DNA of 64,000 bases, from NCBI GenBank assembly GCA_963815655.1, contig CAWFHK010000001.1, positions 1,997,813-2,061,812 on the forward strand, written 5' to 3'. This DNA is from an uncultured Acidobacteriota bacterium. GTDB taxonomy: Bacteria; Acidobacteriota; Thermoanaerobaculia; UBA5066; Gp7-AA6. The notes below the pieces were generated by a model that was not told where the DNA came from, did no database searches, and saw only the letters and a list, made by a program, of their open reading frames with translations. Below are positions 27,482 through 36,242 of this stretch, piece after piece. The position numbers were made by a program, and so were the translations under genes. Every line of letters begins with the position of its first letter. The stretch's first letter is position 1.

Positions 27482-28665
27482 GCGAAGATCTCCCCGAGCG
27501 TCGTCCGGACCAGGGCCGGCGCGCCCGACAGGAACTCCCGGAAGAAGTCGGAGTCGAGCCGCTCGTCCCCCGGGTAGGTCGGGACGAGCCTCAGCGGGAA
27601 CCGGGCGAAGATCTCCGAGTCCGGCCGGCGGCGCCCGGCCTGCACGGCCCGGCGCTTGGCGGCGAGGGCCGCTTGGTTGCGGTGGATCCAGAGGAGCGCC
27701 CTCAGGTGGGCGACCGTCAGGGGGTCCTCGACGGTGACCCTCCCGCCGGCCCCGTCGGCGCGGATGCCGAAGAGCCGGCGGAGGAAGGACGGGGCCGGGC
27801 GTCCCGCCGCGTAGGGGTCACGTCTCAATTCCGCGGCGCCGGGATTGCGCGATTCGAGCATCTCGGAGATCCGGAGAACGAACGCGGCCAGCACGGCCGG
27901 CATGAGGTCGTGAAAATGCTCGGCGTCGAAGTTCTTGTAGGCGGTCGCGAAGGCGTTCTTCTCGAAGAGGAAACCGCGGGAGAAGACGCCGAGGGCTTCG
28001 CCGGTCGCGCCGCCGCGGTGCCGCGCGACCGCCCGGGGCTCGGCGATGATCCTCCGCCCGAAGATCCACTGGCGCCAGCCGAAGTCCACGTCTTCGAGGT
28101 AGGCGAAGTAGTCGTCGTCGAAGCCGCCCGATTCGAGGAAGGCGTCCCGCCGGACGGACATCAGGCCGCCGCAGGCGAACAGTCTCTCTTCTCCCGGGAC
28201 CGCTTCCGGCAGCGCCTCGACCGGCCGCCCCACGTCCCTCTGGAAGGCATGGCCGTCGAAGGTAAGGAACCCGTCGGAAAAGTCGTTCTTCCGTCCCGTG
28301 ACGTCTACCAGCCGGCCGGCGGCCGCCACGACGTCCGGAGCGGCGTCCGAGAGAGCCGCCGCGAGGTGGCCGAGGGCATCGGGAAGCACGGAGGCGTCAT
28401 CGTTGACGAACGCGAGCAGCGGCGCCCGCGCCGCCTCCGCGCCCAGGCGGCAACCGGCCGCGAACCCCGCGTTGCGTCCGGCGACGACCCGTCGCACGTT
28501 CGGGTGCCGGCGGAGCACCTCCTCCATCGGCCGGCCCGCCGTGTTGTCCACGAGGATCGTCTCGAACGCGGCGCCGGAGGACGCGTCCAGAGCGTCGAGC
28601 GCCTCGAGCAGGTGCTCCTGCCCCCTGTGGTGCACCACGACAACCGACAGATCGGGCCGCGTCAT
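27478..28665 (-). CDS. Family-2 glycosyltransferase (rhamnosyltransferase-like)
   Basis: SVVVVHHRGQEHLLEAL...ILVDNTAGR...FVNDDASV; start overlaps the downstream gene's stop. Confidence 0.8.
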   Translation of the reverse strand: MTRPDLSVVVVHHRGQEHLLEALDALDASSGAAFETILVDNTAGRPMEEVLRRHPNVRRVVAGRNAGFAAGCRLGAEAARAPLLAFVNDDASVLPDALGHLAAALSDAAPDVVAAAGRLVDVTGRKNDFSDGFLTFDGHAFQRDVGRPVEALPEAVPGEERLFACGGLMSVRRDAFLESGGFDDDYFAYLEDVDFGWRQWIFGRRIIAEPRAVARHRGGATGEALGVFSRGFLFEKNAFATAYKNFDAEHFHDLMPAVLAAFVLRISEMLESRNPGAAELRRDPYAAGRPAPSFLRRLFGIRADGAGGRVTVEDPLTVAHLRALLWIHRNQAALAAKRRAVQAGRRRPDSEIFARFPLRLVPTYPGDERLDSDFFREFLSGAPALVRTTLGEIFA

Positions 28666-28688
28666 GCGATGGAAGAGTAATCCATGAG

Positions 28689-28775
28689 GTGACAGGTCGT
28701 AGGTGGTAGGTGGTAGGGGAAGATTGGAGCATTGGAACTCCGGTCCCTACCACCCATCACCTACGACCTACCACC
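28689..28775. repeat. Long imperfect hairpin of GGTGG/GTAGGTGG units (GGTGG-family, copy 1)
   Basis: Left arm gtgacaggtcgtaggtggtaggtggtaggg, ~26-nt loop, right arm ccctaccacccatcacctacgacctaccacc; ~24-bp stem. The same family occurs at 37534-37611. Confidence 0.7.
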
Positions 28776-30007
28776 TTCTTGCGGAGGCGCCGCCAGAGAG
28801 GCTGCGCTTCCGTACGAGGGAGAGGCATGCGGCCCGGATCCACGCGCGCTTCGCGACACCAGGCCGCCAGCGGGGCGGCGACCGCGGACCAGGCGCGGGC
28901 AGCGGCGAAGCGCCGCGCGGCCGTGACGGCCTTCTGCCGTTCGACGGAGTCCGTCAGCATCTGGGCGACGGCTTCCGCGAGCGCCGGGGCGGTCCTCGCG
29001 ACCCGCCGCCCGGCCCCGGCCTCCTCCAGTTGCCGCGCGAGCGGTCCGCCCGCGACCGAGACCGAAGGGACGCCTCCCCAGGCGGCGTCGAGCAACCGTG
29101 TGCGGAAGGCCAGGTCCCGTTCGAGGCCCTCCGAGGAGATGGAAACGAGCAGGTCCACCGCGGCATAGAGGTCGGGACGCGCGGCGTAGGGCAGCCAGGA
29201 AGAAAAGAGGATGGACCTTCCCTGCGGATCGATCTCCCGCGCGCGCTCGCGGGTGCGGGCATAAACGCGCTGCGGCGTCGTCTGCGGGTTCGGGTTCTCG
29301 AAGAAGACGAGCTTTGCCTCGGCGCACCGGCGCAGGACCCCCGGCCAGGCCTCGAGCAGCAGGTCCGGCTCGTACCAGTCGTAGATCCCTCCGAAGAGGG
29401 CGAGCGGCCCCTCGGTCGGAGAGCCGAGCAATCGGCGGCCCGCCGCGCGGTCGCCCGCGGCGGGCTCGGCCGGAACGCCGAACGGCACGGTCGCGAGGAG
29501 CCCGGAGAGCGTCGGGTCCGACGGGAAGTTCGAGGGACCGATCCGCCCGCGCGTGTAGAGCGCGCCCGCGTAGAAGAGACGCTGCTCTGCGGAAGCGCAC
29601 AGAAAGAAATCCGCCCGGTCGAGCGAGAGCTCGAGCGTCGCGCGGTCGTGCAGCGCCGTGCCCTCCCCGAGCGTCGAGGCATAGTGGAGGTTCTCGACGA
29701 AGAAGGGATCGTACAGGTCCGCCGCGACCGGGACGCCGGGCACCTGGTGGAACCACCAGTTGGCGGCATGGCCCGAAACGACCGCCGCGTCGGCGTTCAC
29801 GGCCGCGGCGGCGAGCCCGCCCGGCGGCGCCGCGACGACGGGGATGTCGCCCGCGGCGCCCGCGGCCTCGGCGGGGTCGTTGGCCACGAGGAGGCGCACG
29901 TCGAATTCGCCGCGGAGCGCCCGCGCGAGCTCCAGCGCGCGGATGCCCATCCCGGCCATCCTCGGCCGGATCGGCTCGGGGGCCAGGACCACGACCCGAC
30001 GCGTCAC
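28757..30007 (-). CDS. Family-1 (GT4-like) glycosyltransferase
   Basis: GTG start with GGAGGG 13 nt upstream; GT-B motifs (ALFGGIYDWYEPDLLLEAW, E-x7-E region DLLVSISSEGLERDLAFRTRLLDAAWGGVP). The track ORF's N-terminal ~270 aa are an artefact. Confidence 0.7.
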   Translation of the reverse strand: MTRRVVVLAPEPIRPRMAGMGIRALELARALRGEFDVRLLVANDPAEAAGAAGDIPVVAAPPGGLAAAAVNADAAVVSGHAANWWFHQVPGVPVAADLYDPFFVENLHYASTLGEGTALHDRATLELSLDRADFFLCASAEQRLFYAGALYTRGRIGPSNFPSDPTLSGLLATVPFGVPAEPAAGDRAAGRRLLGSPTEGPLALFGGIYDWYEPDLLLEAWPGVLRRCAEAKLVFFENPNPQTTPQRVYARTRERAREIDPQGRSILFSSWLPYAARPDLYAAVDLLVSISSEGLERDLAFRTRLLDAAWGGVPSVSVAGGPLARQLEEAGAGRRVARTAPALAEAVAQMLTDSVERQKAVTAARRFAAARAWSAVAAPLAAWCREARVDPGRMPLPRTEAQPLWRRLRKKVVGRR

Positions 30008-30027
30008 CCGGCGGCCCTCCGCGCCGC

Positions 30028-31962
30028 CTAGCGGCGGCCTCTCAGACGATCGGCGAGAAGGTGGAGCTTCCAGGTCCGCGACCGGTAGATCTGCGAGAGG
30101 GTCCCGTCGAGCCGCTCGACCTCCGCCTGGACCTCGGCGATCCTGCGGTTGTACTCCTCGTTGCTCGCGAAGAGCTCCGCCACGCGTTCGTGGACGAGCT
30201 CGTTTTCGGCGAGGAGGCGATCGCGTTCGGTCCGGAGGGCGGCGGATTCGGACTCGAGCGCGGCGACGTCCCGCTCGAGCTCTTCGCCCCGCTCCCTCGC
30301 GGCCGAGAGTTGCGCGGCGAGCTGCGCCGACCCCTGCTCGGCTCTCGCGAGCGTCGCCGCCAGGCGCCGGTGGCTCTCCCGTTGATAGCGCAGCTCGCCC
30401 TGCGAGATCCCGTCGCGGTCGGCGCTGTGGGAAATCTGCGCGCGGAACCGGTCGAAGACCCGCGCGAGCCCCTCCTCGGTTCGGCGGCCCGCGTAGCGCG
30501 CGTAGATCTCGGCGCGGGCCCGCTGGAACGCGTCCCGGCCCGCGGGCACGTGGAAAGGATCGCCTTCCGGACCTTCGAAGACCCGGTACTCGCAGGTCAC
30601 GGCGCGCACGTGCCGGAAGGCGGTCTCGAAGGAGAGACGGATGAGGAAATCCCAATCCTCCGAGTACTCCAGCTTCTCGTCGAATCCTCCGACGCCATCG
30701 AAGAGCGCGCGGGGCAGGAGCAGCGTGTGCAGCGGGATGTAGTTGGCGAGGAGCAGGTAGTCGGGATCGAAGTCGAGCGAGTATTGAAGGGTCCGGTGCA
30801 GCGGCTGCCATGACTCCTCGCGCCGCTCGTAGACCACGGTGACCGCGTCGGAGTAGACGACGGGCTCGGGACCGCTCCGGTGCGCCCGCAGGAGGCGATC
30901 GAGGTGGTCGGGATAGGTGAGGTCGTCGTCGTCCAGGAACGCGACGAGCTCCTGGCTTGCCATGGAGACACCCTGATTGGCCGCGTGCGAGCGGCCTCCG
31001 CGCTCCGGCAGCTCCTCCAGCATGAGCTCGAAGGCGCCGCGGAACGCCTCCCGCAGCCCGCCGACGGAAGCGCCGCCGTCGTTGACGAGCACGACCTGCG
31101 CGGGCCTCGCCGCCTGGCGGCGGAGGCTCTCCAGCGCCTCCTTCACGAGCGCCGGCCGGTTGCGCGTCCGGATGACGACGGAGATCGGCGCTTCCCCGCT
31201 CTCTCCCTCGCGGATCAGGGCCGGCCCGATCGAGCGACGGAACTCCTCCATCGATCGCGTCGAGGCCTCCGCGTAGTCGACGACGCGAAAGGCCTCCACG
31301 GGGCCCTCTCCCGCCAGGGTGAGCCTCCGGTAGGCGTTCAGCCCGCCGATCGCGCGGGCGTAGTCGCGCACCGCCTGCTGGGAGGCGTAAAGGGCGAGGG
31401 CTTCCTCCTTCAACCCCGAGACGCTCGCGATGTCCACGAGAGTGTCCGGAAGCAGCGGATGGGAGATCTCGTAGAAGGCCAGACGCAGGAAGCGGAATCG
31501 ACCGTGGTCCGGGTCTCCGGGACGGGACGCCGCGAGCTTCTCGTAGAGCGCTTCGGCGAGAGCCCGGTGGTCGGGGTGAATCTCGACCGGCGAGGGACAG
31601 AAGACCAGGTCGGGCCGGAACTCCCCGACGAGCGCGTCGAGCGCCGCGGCCAGCGCGCCGGCGCTCGCGGGAAGCCCGCGATCCGGCAGCGACCCGAAGA
31701 GGGGCGGTTCGAGGCCGAGAGTCTTCGCCGCCCTGCGCGATTCATCCCGCCGCTTCTCCCCGTAATCCTCCTCCTGCTCGGCGCCTTCCTGGCGCTTGCC
31801 GTCGGTCGCGATCCAGATCCGGATCGCCTCCGCGCCGGCGGCGTTCAAAGCGAGCGTTCCGCCGGCTCCGAGGATCTCGTCGTCGGGATGGGCGGCGAGG
31901 ACGAGGATGCGCGCGGCCGAGAGGTCCGTCGCCCGGTAGGGAATCAGGAACGCTTCATCCAT
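30028..31962 (-). CDS. Fusion protein: N-terminal PIG-L/LmbE-family N-deacetylase, central GT2 glycosyltransferase, C-terminal coiled coil
   Basis: ILVLAAHPDDEILGAGGT...HPDHRA (LmbE zinc motif), then ISVVIRTRNRPALVKEAL...VVLVNDGG...FLDDDD (GT2), then a heptad-rich tail. Confidence 0.75.
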   Translation of the reverse strand: MDEAFLIPYRATDLSAARILVLAAHPDDEILGAGGTLALNAAGAEAIRIWIATDGKRQEGAEQEEDYGEKRRDESRRAAKTLGLEPPLFGSLPDRGLPASAGALAAALDALVGEFRPDLVFCPSPVEIHPDHRALAEALYEKLAASRPGDPDHGRFRFLRLAFYEISHPLLPDTLVDIASVSGLKEEALALYASQQAVRDYARAIGGLNAYRRLTLAGEGPVEAFRVVDYAEASTRSMEEFRRSIGPALIREGESGEAPISVVIRTRNRPALVKEALESLRRQAARPAQVVLVNDGGASVGGLREAFRGAFELMLEELPERGGRSHAANQGVSMASQELVAFLDDDDLTYPDHLDRLLRAHRSGPEPVVYSDAVTVVYERREESWQPLHRTLQYSLDFDPDYLLLANYIPLHTLLLPRALFDGVGGFDEKLEYSEDWDFLIRLSFETAFRHVRAVTCEYRVFEGPEGDPFHVPAGRDAFQRARAEIYARYAGRRTEEGLARVFDRFRAQISHSADRDGISQGELRYQRESHRRLAATLARAEQGSAQLAAQLSAARERGEELERDVAALESESAALRTERDRLLAENELVHERVAELFASNEEYNRRIAEVQAEVERLDGTLSQIYRSRTWKLHLLADRLRGRR

Positions 31963-32034
31963 CGGTCAAGTCGGCGTGTCGCATCGTCTTTGCTGCCTGG
32001 AGTTTATCCGTTTCCATTCGCCCGGGGCGTCCGC

Positions 32035-32979
32035 TCAAACGACGTCGTAGAGGGCGGGCGTGAAATGCGCGCGCAGCGCGAAGCGTTCCGCGGCGGCGTC
32101 GTCGAAGGAGCGCACGACGAATGGAAATCCGGCCTCGCGACTCTCTCCTCCGAGCCCGGCAATCACCGCGGCGCCCGGACCGCCCGGCGTCTCCCAGAAG
32201 ACCAGGCGCCGCGCGCCCAGGCGCCTAGCCTCCGCCGCCGCGGCCGCAAAGAGCGGGGGGAGATCGCTTCCATCCCGGCGCTCCGAAAGGAAATCCGCCA
32301 CGAGGGCCCGCTCCCCGACGACCGAGAGCGCCGCCCAGCCGCGAAACCGCCCGGTGGCCGGCCGCCAGACCATCCGGTAGTAGCGGGTCGGCCGGGCGTG
32401 GAACCTCCAGTTCGCCCGCAAGCGGTCGCGCACGGCGGCATGGGGCAGCAGGGGCGCCGAGGCGGTCCAGAGCGGATCGAAGTCCTCGCCCACGAAGTCG
32501 CCCGCCGCCGCGTCAGGCGGCGCCGGGGGAAAGGCGTCGCAGGGGACGTGTCGCTCCCGGACCGGGAAGAGCGCCCGGGTCCCGACGAAGCGGTTGCTGA
32601 TCTCGAGCGCGCGGGCGTTCGGAAACCCGAAGCAGAACGGGACGCCCCGCGCCGCGATCGTTTCGTAGAACGCGTCGGCCATCGAGCGATAGACCCCGCG
32701 GCGCGTTCCGATCGAACGCACGGCCGGGTCCGTGGCCACGTCCCCGACCGCGTAGACGAGCCTCTCCTCCCCGTCGAGCCGGAAGCGCATGGCCCAACCG
32801 GCGTAGTTGCCCACGATGTCGCCGCCGAGAACCGCGACGGTTCCGAACCACCCGTCCGGGTTGCGCGCGAACTTCCACTCCCATTCTTCCTCGGATAGCG
32901 GAGCCCCGAACACGCGCTCGAAGAGGCGCCGGATCCCCGGCGCGTCTCGCGCAGTCGCCTCGCGGATCTCAAAGCCCAT
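32035..32979 (-). CDS. GNAT-family N-acetyltransferase (two-domain, FemAB-like fold)
   Basis: MGFEIREATARDAPGIRRLFERVFG...; 314 aa. Confidence 0.6.
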   Translation of the reverse strand: MGFEIREATARDAPGIRRLFERVFGAPLSEEEWEWKFARNPDGWFGTVAVLGGDIVGNYAGWAMRFRLDGEERLVYAVGDVATDPAVRSIGTRRGVYRSMADAFYETIAARGVPFCFGFPNARALEISNRFVGTRALFPVRERHVPCDAFPPAPPDAAAGDFVGEDFDPLWTASAPLLPHAAVRDRLRANWRFHARPTRYYRMVWRPATGRFRGWAALSVVGERALVADFLSERRDGSDLPPLFAAAAAEARRLGARRLVFWETPGGPGAAVIAGLGGESREAGFPFVVRSFDDAAAERFALRAHFTPALYDVV

Positions 32980-34030
32980 GCCGCGCGTCCCACACGGACC
33001 GTCCGAGCAGCCGGCCATCCGCCGTCCGAAAAACGGTCGCGTACCAGAGGCCCGGTGCCAGCCCGGACCGGACCTCGTCCGGCAGCCGGAACTCCGTGGA
33101 CAGGTCCGCGGCCGCGAACGGGACGCCGGAGGGATTCGGCGAAAGAGCGATGGCGGCGCCCGGACGAGCGGCGAAGCGAGGCTCGGAAAGAAGGGACCCG
33201 GCGGGCCGCGGCACGGGCAGGCGCGCCGCCCGCTCGAGCAGCGCCGTCGCGGCCCGGCCGTAGCGCCGGAGCCGGTAGAGCCTCTCGGAGGCGGCGCGGC
33301 GCGCGGCGGTCTCGGGATTGCGCGAGGAGCTCACCGCCCAGAGATGGCGCACGCGGGCCTCCGGGACGAAGAGCAGCCCGAACCCCTTCGAGCGGACCCG
33401 GTCTTCCCACTCGGTCTCCTCGTACTCGAAGGGAAAGCGCTCGTCGAAGCGGCCCGCCGCGTCGAAGACGTTCCGGCGCGCGGCGAGGACCGCGCCCGAG
33501 AGGTGCGGCGCGCGGCCTCCTCTCTCCCACAGCCGCAGCGTCTCGCGGGCAAAGCGCGCGAAGCGCCGCCGGTCGAGCGCCGGGAAGCGCCCGGAGAGAA
33601 GCTGCGCGGCGTCCCGAAAGAGACCGGGAGCGAAGCCGGGCGGAAGGCGCAGGCGCCCCTCCGCGTCCCAGCTCGACAGGGGCGCCGCGGCGCCGACGTG
33701 TGGCTCGGCGATCGCCTCGAGGAGGCGCCCGACGGAGCCGGCGGAGAAGACGACGTCGGCGTTGGAGAGAATGAGCCTGGAACCCCGGGCCCGGGCGAGA
33801 CCGGCGTTGACGCCTCCCGAGTAGCCGCGGTTCTCGGCCAGAAGCAGGTGCCGGTCGGCCGGGATCTCGCGCAGAAGCGCCGCTTCCTCTTCGCCCGATC
33901 CGCAATCCACGAGCACGACTTCTCCCGCGATCCCGTCGTGCGCGAAGGCCTCGACGAGCGAGGCGACACACCGCGCCGCTTCCGCCGCGCTGCGATGGCT
34001 GACGACGACCGCGGAGACCTCCGGTGTCAT
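32969..34030 (-). CDS. Family-2 glycosyltransferase
   Basis: VSAVVVSHRSAAEAARCVASL...VVLVDCGSG...LSNADVVF; ATG overlaps the upstream stop (ATGA). Confidence 0.75.
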   Translation of the reverse strand: MTPEVSAVVVSHRSAAEAARCVASLVEAFAHDGIAGEVVLVDCGSGEEEAALLREIPADRHLLLAENRGYSGGVNAGLARARGSRLILSNADVVFSAGSVGRLLEAIAEPHVGAAAPLSSWDAEGRLRLPPGFAPGLFRDAAQLLSGRFPALDRRRFARFARETLRLWERGGRAPHLSGAVLAARRNVFDAAGRFDERFPFEYEETEWEDRVRSKGFGLLFVPEARVRHLWAVSSSRNPETAARRAASERLYRLRRYGRAATALLERAARLPVPRPAGSLLSEPRFAARPGAAIALSPNPSGVPFAAADLSTEFRLPDEVRSGLAPGLWYATVFRTADGRLLGRSVWDARHGL

Positions 34031-36006
34031 GGGGCGGGAGCCGGACCACCGGCGAGAGCTCTCTCGAACGCGGCCTCGAGATTGGCGGCGACTCGCGCCG
34101 TGTCGAACCGGGAGGCTGCCCGCGGCCCCTCGATACGGGCGCGCGCGCGCGCCTCCCCGGCCGCGAGGGCCGGAAGGGCCGCGGCCAGGCCCTCGGGATC
34201 TCCGTCCGGAAAGTACCAGGCCGCCTCTCCCGCGATCTCCCGGTGTCCCGGCGTATCGGAGAGCAGGCACGGCAGGCCGCAGGCGAGCGCCTCGAGCGCC
34301 GGCAGCCCGAAGCCTTCTTCGGGCCGGTTCGGCCCGAGGAAGAGGTCGGAAGCGCGATAGGCGAAAGGCATCCGCCGCGGAGGGAGGTCGTGATGGTACT
34401 CGCCCGGCAGGGCCGTCGCCTTCTCCTCGGCCGAGAGCGGCAGCGTCGAGACGCGGCGAAGCCGGAAGACTCCCCCGCGCTCGCGCCAGATCCGAAGGCC
34501 CTCGAGCCCGAGGCCGATTCCCTTCACGTCCGCTTCATAGGGGCCGACCATGAGGACGGCGGGCGGCCTGTCCGACGCCGCCCGACTCTCCGGAGCGGGG
34601 AAGAACTCGCGGCCATCGAAGGTCTGCCCCACGTTCTCGGCCGGGCCGAACCCGAGATCGTCGAGCCGCGCGGCGAGCGCGTTGGAGATCGCGAGCTTGC
34701 TGGTCGGCATCCCGTACGCGGCCTCGATTTCCTCCCGCCGGTGCGCATAGAAGCTGAAAGCGCCCTCGTAGCCCTGGCACAGATGAAAGACGGGGCCGCG
34801 CGCGCCGTCGAGGGCCGGGGCGACCGTCGTCCAGAACGTCGCGACCCGGATGTCCGCTTCGGCGAGCTCCCGCGACTCTCGAAAGGAGGACCGCTCGAAG
34901 CGTGCCCGGGACATCGGGAACCATCCCGGCTGTGGCCCGGGAGAGACGACCGCGGCCCGGTGGCCGCGCCGCGCGAGGGCCTCGGCCTGCTGGAGCACCA
35001 CCTTCACTCCCCCGGAGACTTCCGTGGATTCCAGCAGGTAGGCGATCTTGAGAATCGGGTGATCGGGTGATCGGGTGATCGGGCGTTCGTCGCCGAAAGC
35101 GACTCTCGGCGCATCGCCCGGGCGCGTGGAAGCGGGAACGGCCACGGCGATCCATCGCTCCGTGTTCAGGCTGACGCGATCGAGACCCGGCAGCGCCGAG
35201 AGGCTCGCCAGAAACTCTTCGAGGAGAGGAGCGGGATCTCGCGGCCACGGCTCGATCGAGACCACGCGCCAGCCCGCCTCTTCCAGCGCCTCGGTGAGAG
35301 TGCCCTTCGTGAACCAGCGCAGGCGCCCCGCGTCGTGCGGGCCGGCGGGGACCGGGTCGAACCGGCCGAGCACCAGGTCACGCGCGAGCGAGAGATGGCC
35401 GACGTTGGAAACGCCCGCGACCAGCGTCGCGGACGGCGCGGCGAGGGCTCGCGCCCGCTGGAGCGACGAGACCGGGTCCTCGAGGCGATCGAGAACGTCG
35501 TCAAAGAGAAAGGCGTCGAACGTCTGACCCTCGCGAGCGAGATCCTCGAGGATCTGCGGCGCGTCCCCCACGAGCACGCGGTCCGGACTCGAGCGGGCGC
35601 TCGCGGCCGAGCCCGGGCCCTTCCAGATCCGGGTGACCCGGAGCCCCTTCTCCCGTCCGCGAAGCGCCGCCCAGCGATCCCCGGCGCCGCTTCCCAAGTC
35701 GAGCAGCCTCCGGACGCCTGGCGGAACGTGGCGGGTGAGGTCGGGCCGCGCACTGCCCGAGCCGTCTTCGAATCGGACGGCGCGGAAATCCGGATCGTGC
35801 TGCCTTCGGTCTGAGGCGGCGAGCAGACGGTCGAGCAATCCGGCGACGGTCTCCCCCGGGAAACCCGGAAAGTCGGCGACACGAAAGCAGATCGCGGGCG
35901 GGCGCGCCGTTTCGTTCGTCTCGGATCGTTCGGAAACCGGCGGAAGCGGCAGGATCTCGAGCTCGCGCAGCGTGAGCACTCCCCTTCCGGACGCCGGAAT
36001 CGTCAT
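34027..36006 (-). CDS. Fusion: class-I SAM-dependent methyltransferase domain, repeat-encoded linker, GT1 glycosyltransferase domain (WsaE/WbdD-like chain-terminating architecture)
   Basis: MT motif LLDLGSGAGDRW...FDAFLFDDVLDRLEDP; the GT1 domain begins ILKIAYLLESTEVSGGVKVV with no start codon of its own, so it must be fused. Linker ...PITRSPDHPIL is encoded by the octamer repeat. Start is ATG 36006, or possibly GTG 36081 with GGAGG upstream. Confidence 0.65.
   Translation of the reverse strand: MTIPASGRGVLTLRELEILPLPPVSERSETNETARPPAICFRVADFPGFPGETVAGLLDRLLAASDRRQHDPDFRAVRFEDGSGSARPDLTRHVPPGVRRLLDLGSGAGDRWAALRGREKGLRVTRIWKGPGSAASARSSPDRVLVGDAPQILEDLAREGQTFDAFLFDDVLDRLEDPVSSLQRARALAAPSATLVAGVSNVGHLSLARDLVLGRFDPVPAGPHDAGRLRWFTKGTLTEALEEAGWRVVSIEPWPRDPAPLLEEFLASLSALPGLDRVSLNTERWIAVAVPASTRPGDAPRVAFGDERPITRSPDHPILKIAYLLESTEVSGGVKVVLQQAEALARRGHRAAVVSPGPQPGWFPMSRARFERSSFRESRELAEADIRVATFWTTVAPALDGARGPVFHLCQGYEGAFSFYAHRREEIEAAYGMPTSKLAISNALAARLDDLGFGPAENVGQTFDGREFFPAPESRAASDRPPAVLMVGPYEADVKGIGLGLEGLRIWRERGGVFRLRRVSTLPLSAEEKATALPGEYHHDLPPRRMPFAYRASDLFLGPNRPEEGFGLPALEALACGLPCLLSDTPGHREIAGEAAWYFPDGDPEGLAAALPALAAGEARARARIEGPRAASRFDTARVAANLEAAFERALAGGPAPAP
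35044..35075. repeat. Octanucleotide tandem repeat (ATCGGGTG) x3 plus a degenerate fourth copy, inside the coding sequence of the MT-GT1 fusion
   Basis: atcgggtg atcgggtg atcgggtg atcgggcg; three perfect copies (24 nt) keep the frame, whereas a change of one unit would shift it. Confidence 0.8.
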
Positions 36007-36242
36007 GGGCACCAGGACCCGTCCCGGCCCCGGGGCCGGGAACCGGGACGCGGCGCCCGGCAGCGCGGTCTCTTCCGTCACGACGAGCCAGACCTCCGCG
36101 CCGGCGAAGGCATCGTGGGCGGGCGCGTCCGCCGAAACCTCCGACACCGCGTCGGCGGGAATTCCCCGGCGCCAGCGCAGGCGGGAGAGACGGCGGCCGT
36201 AGTCCGGCGGATCGGACCCCGCGAGAAACGCGAGTGCGTTCT

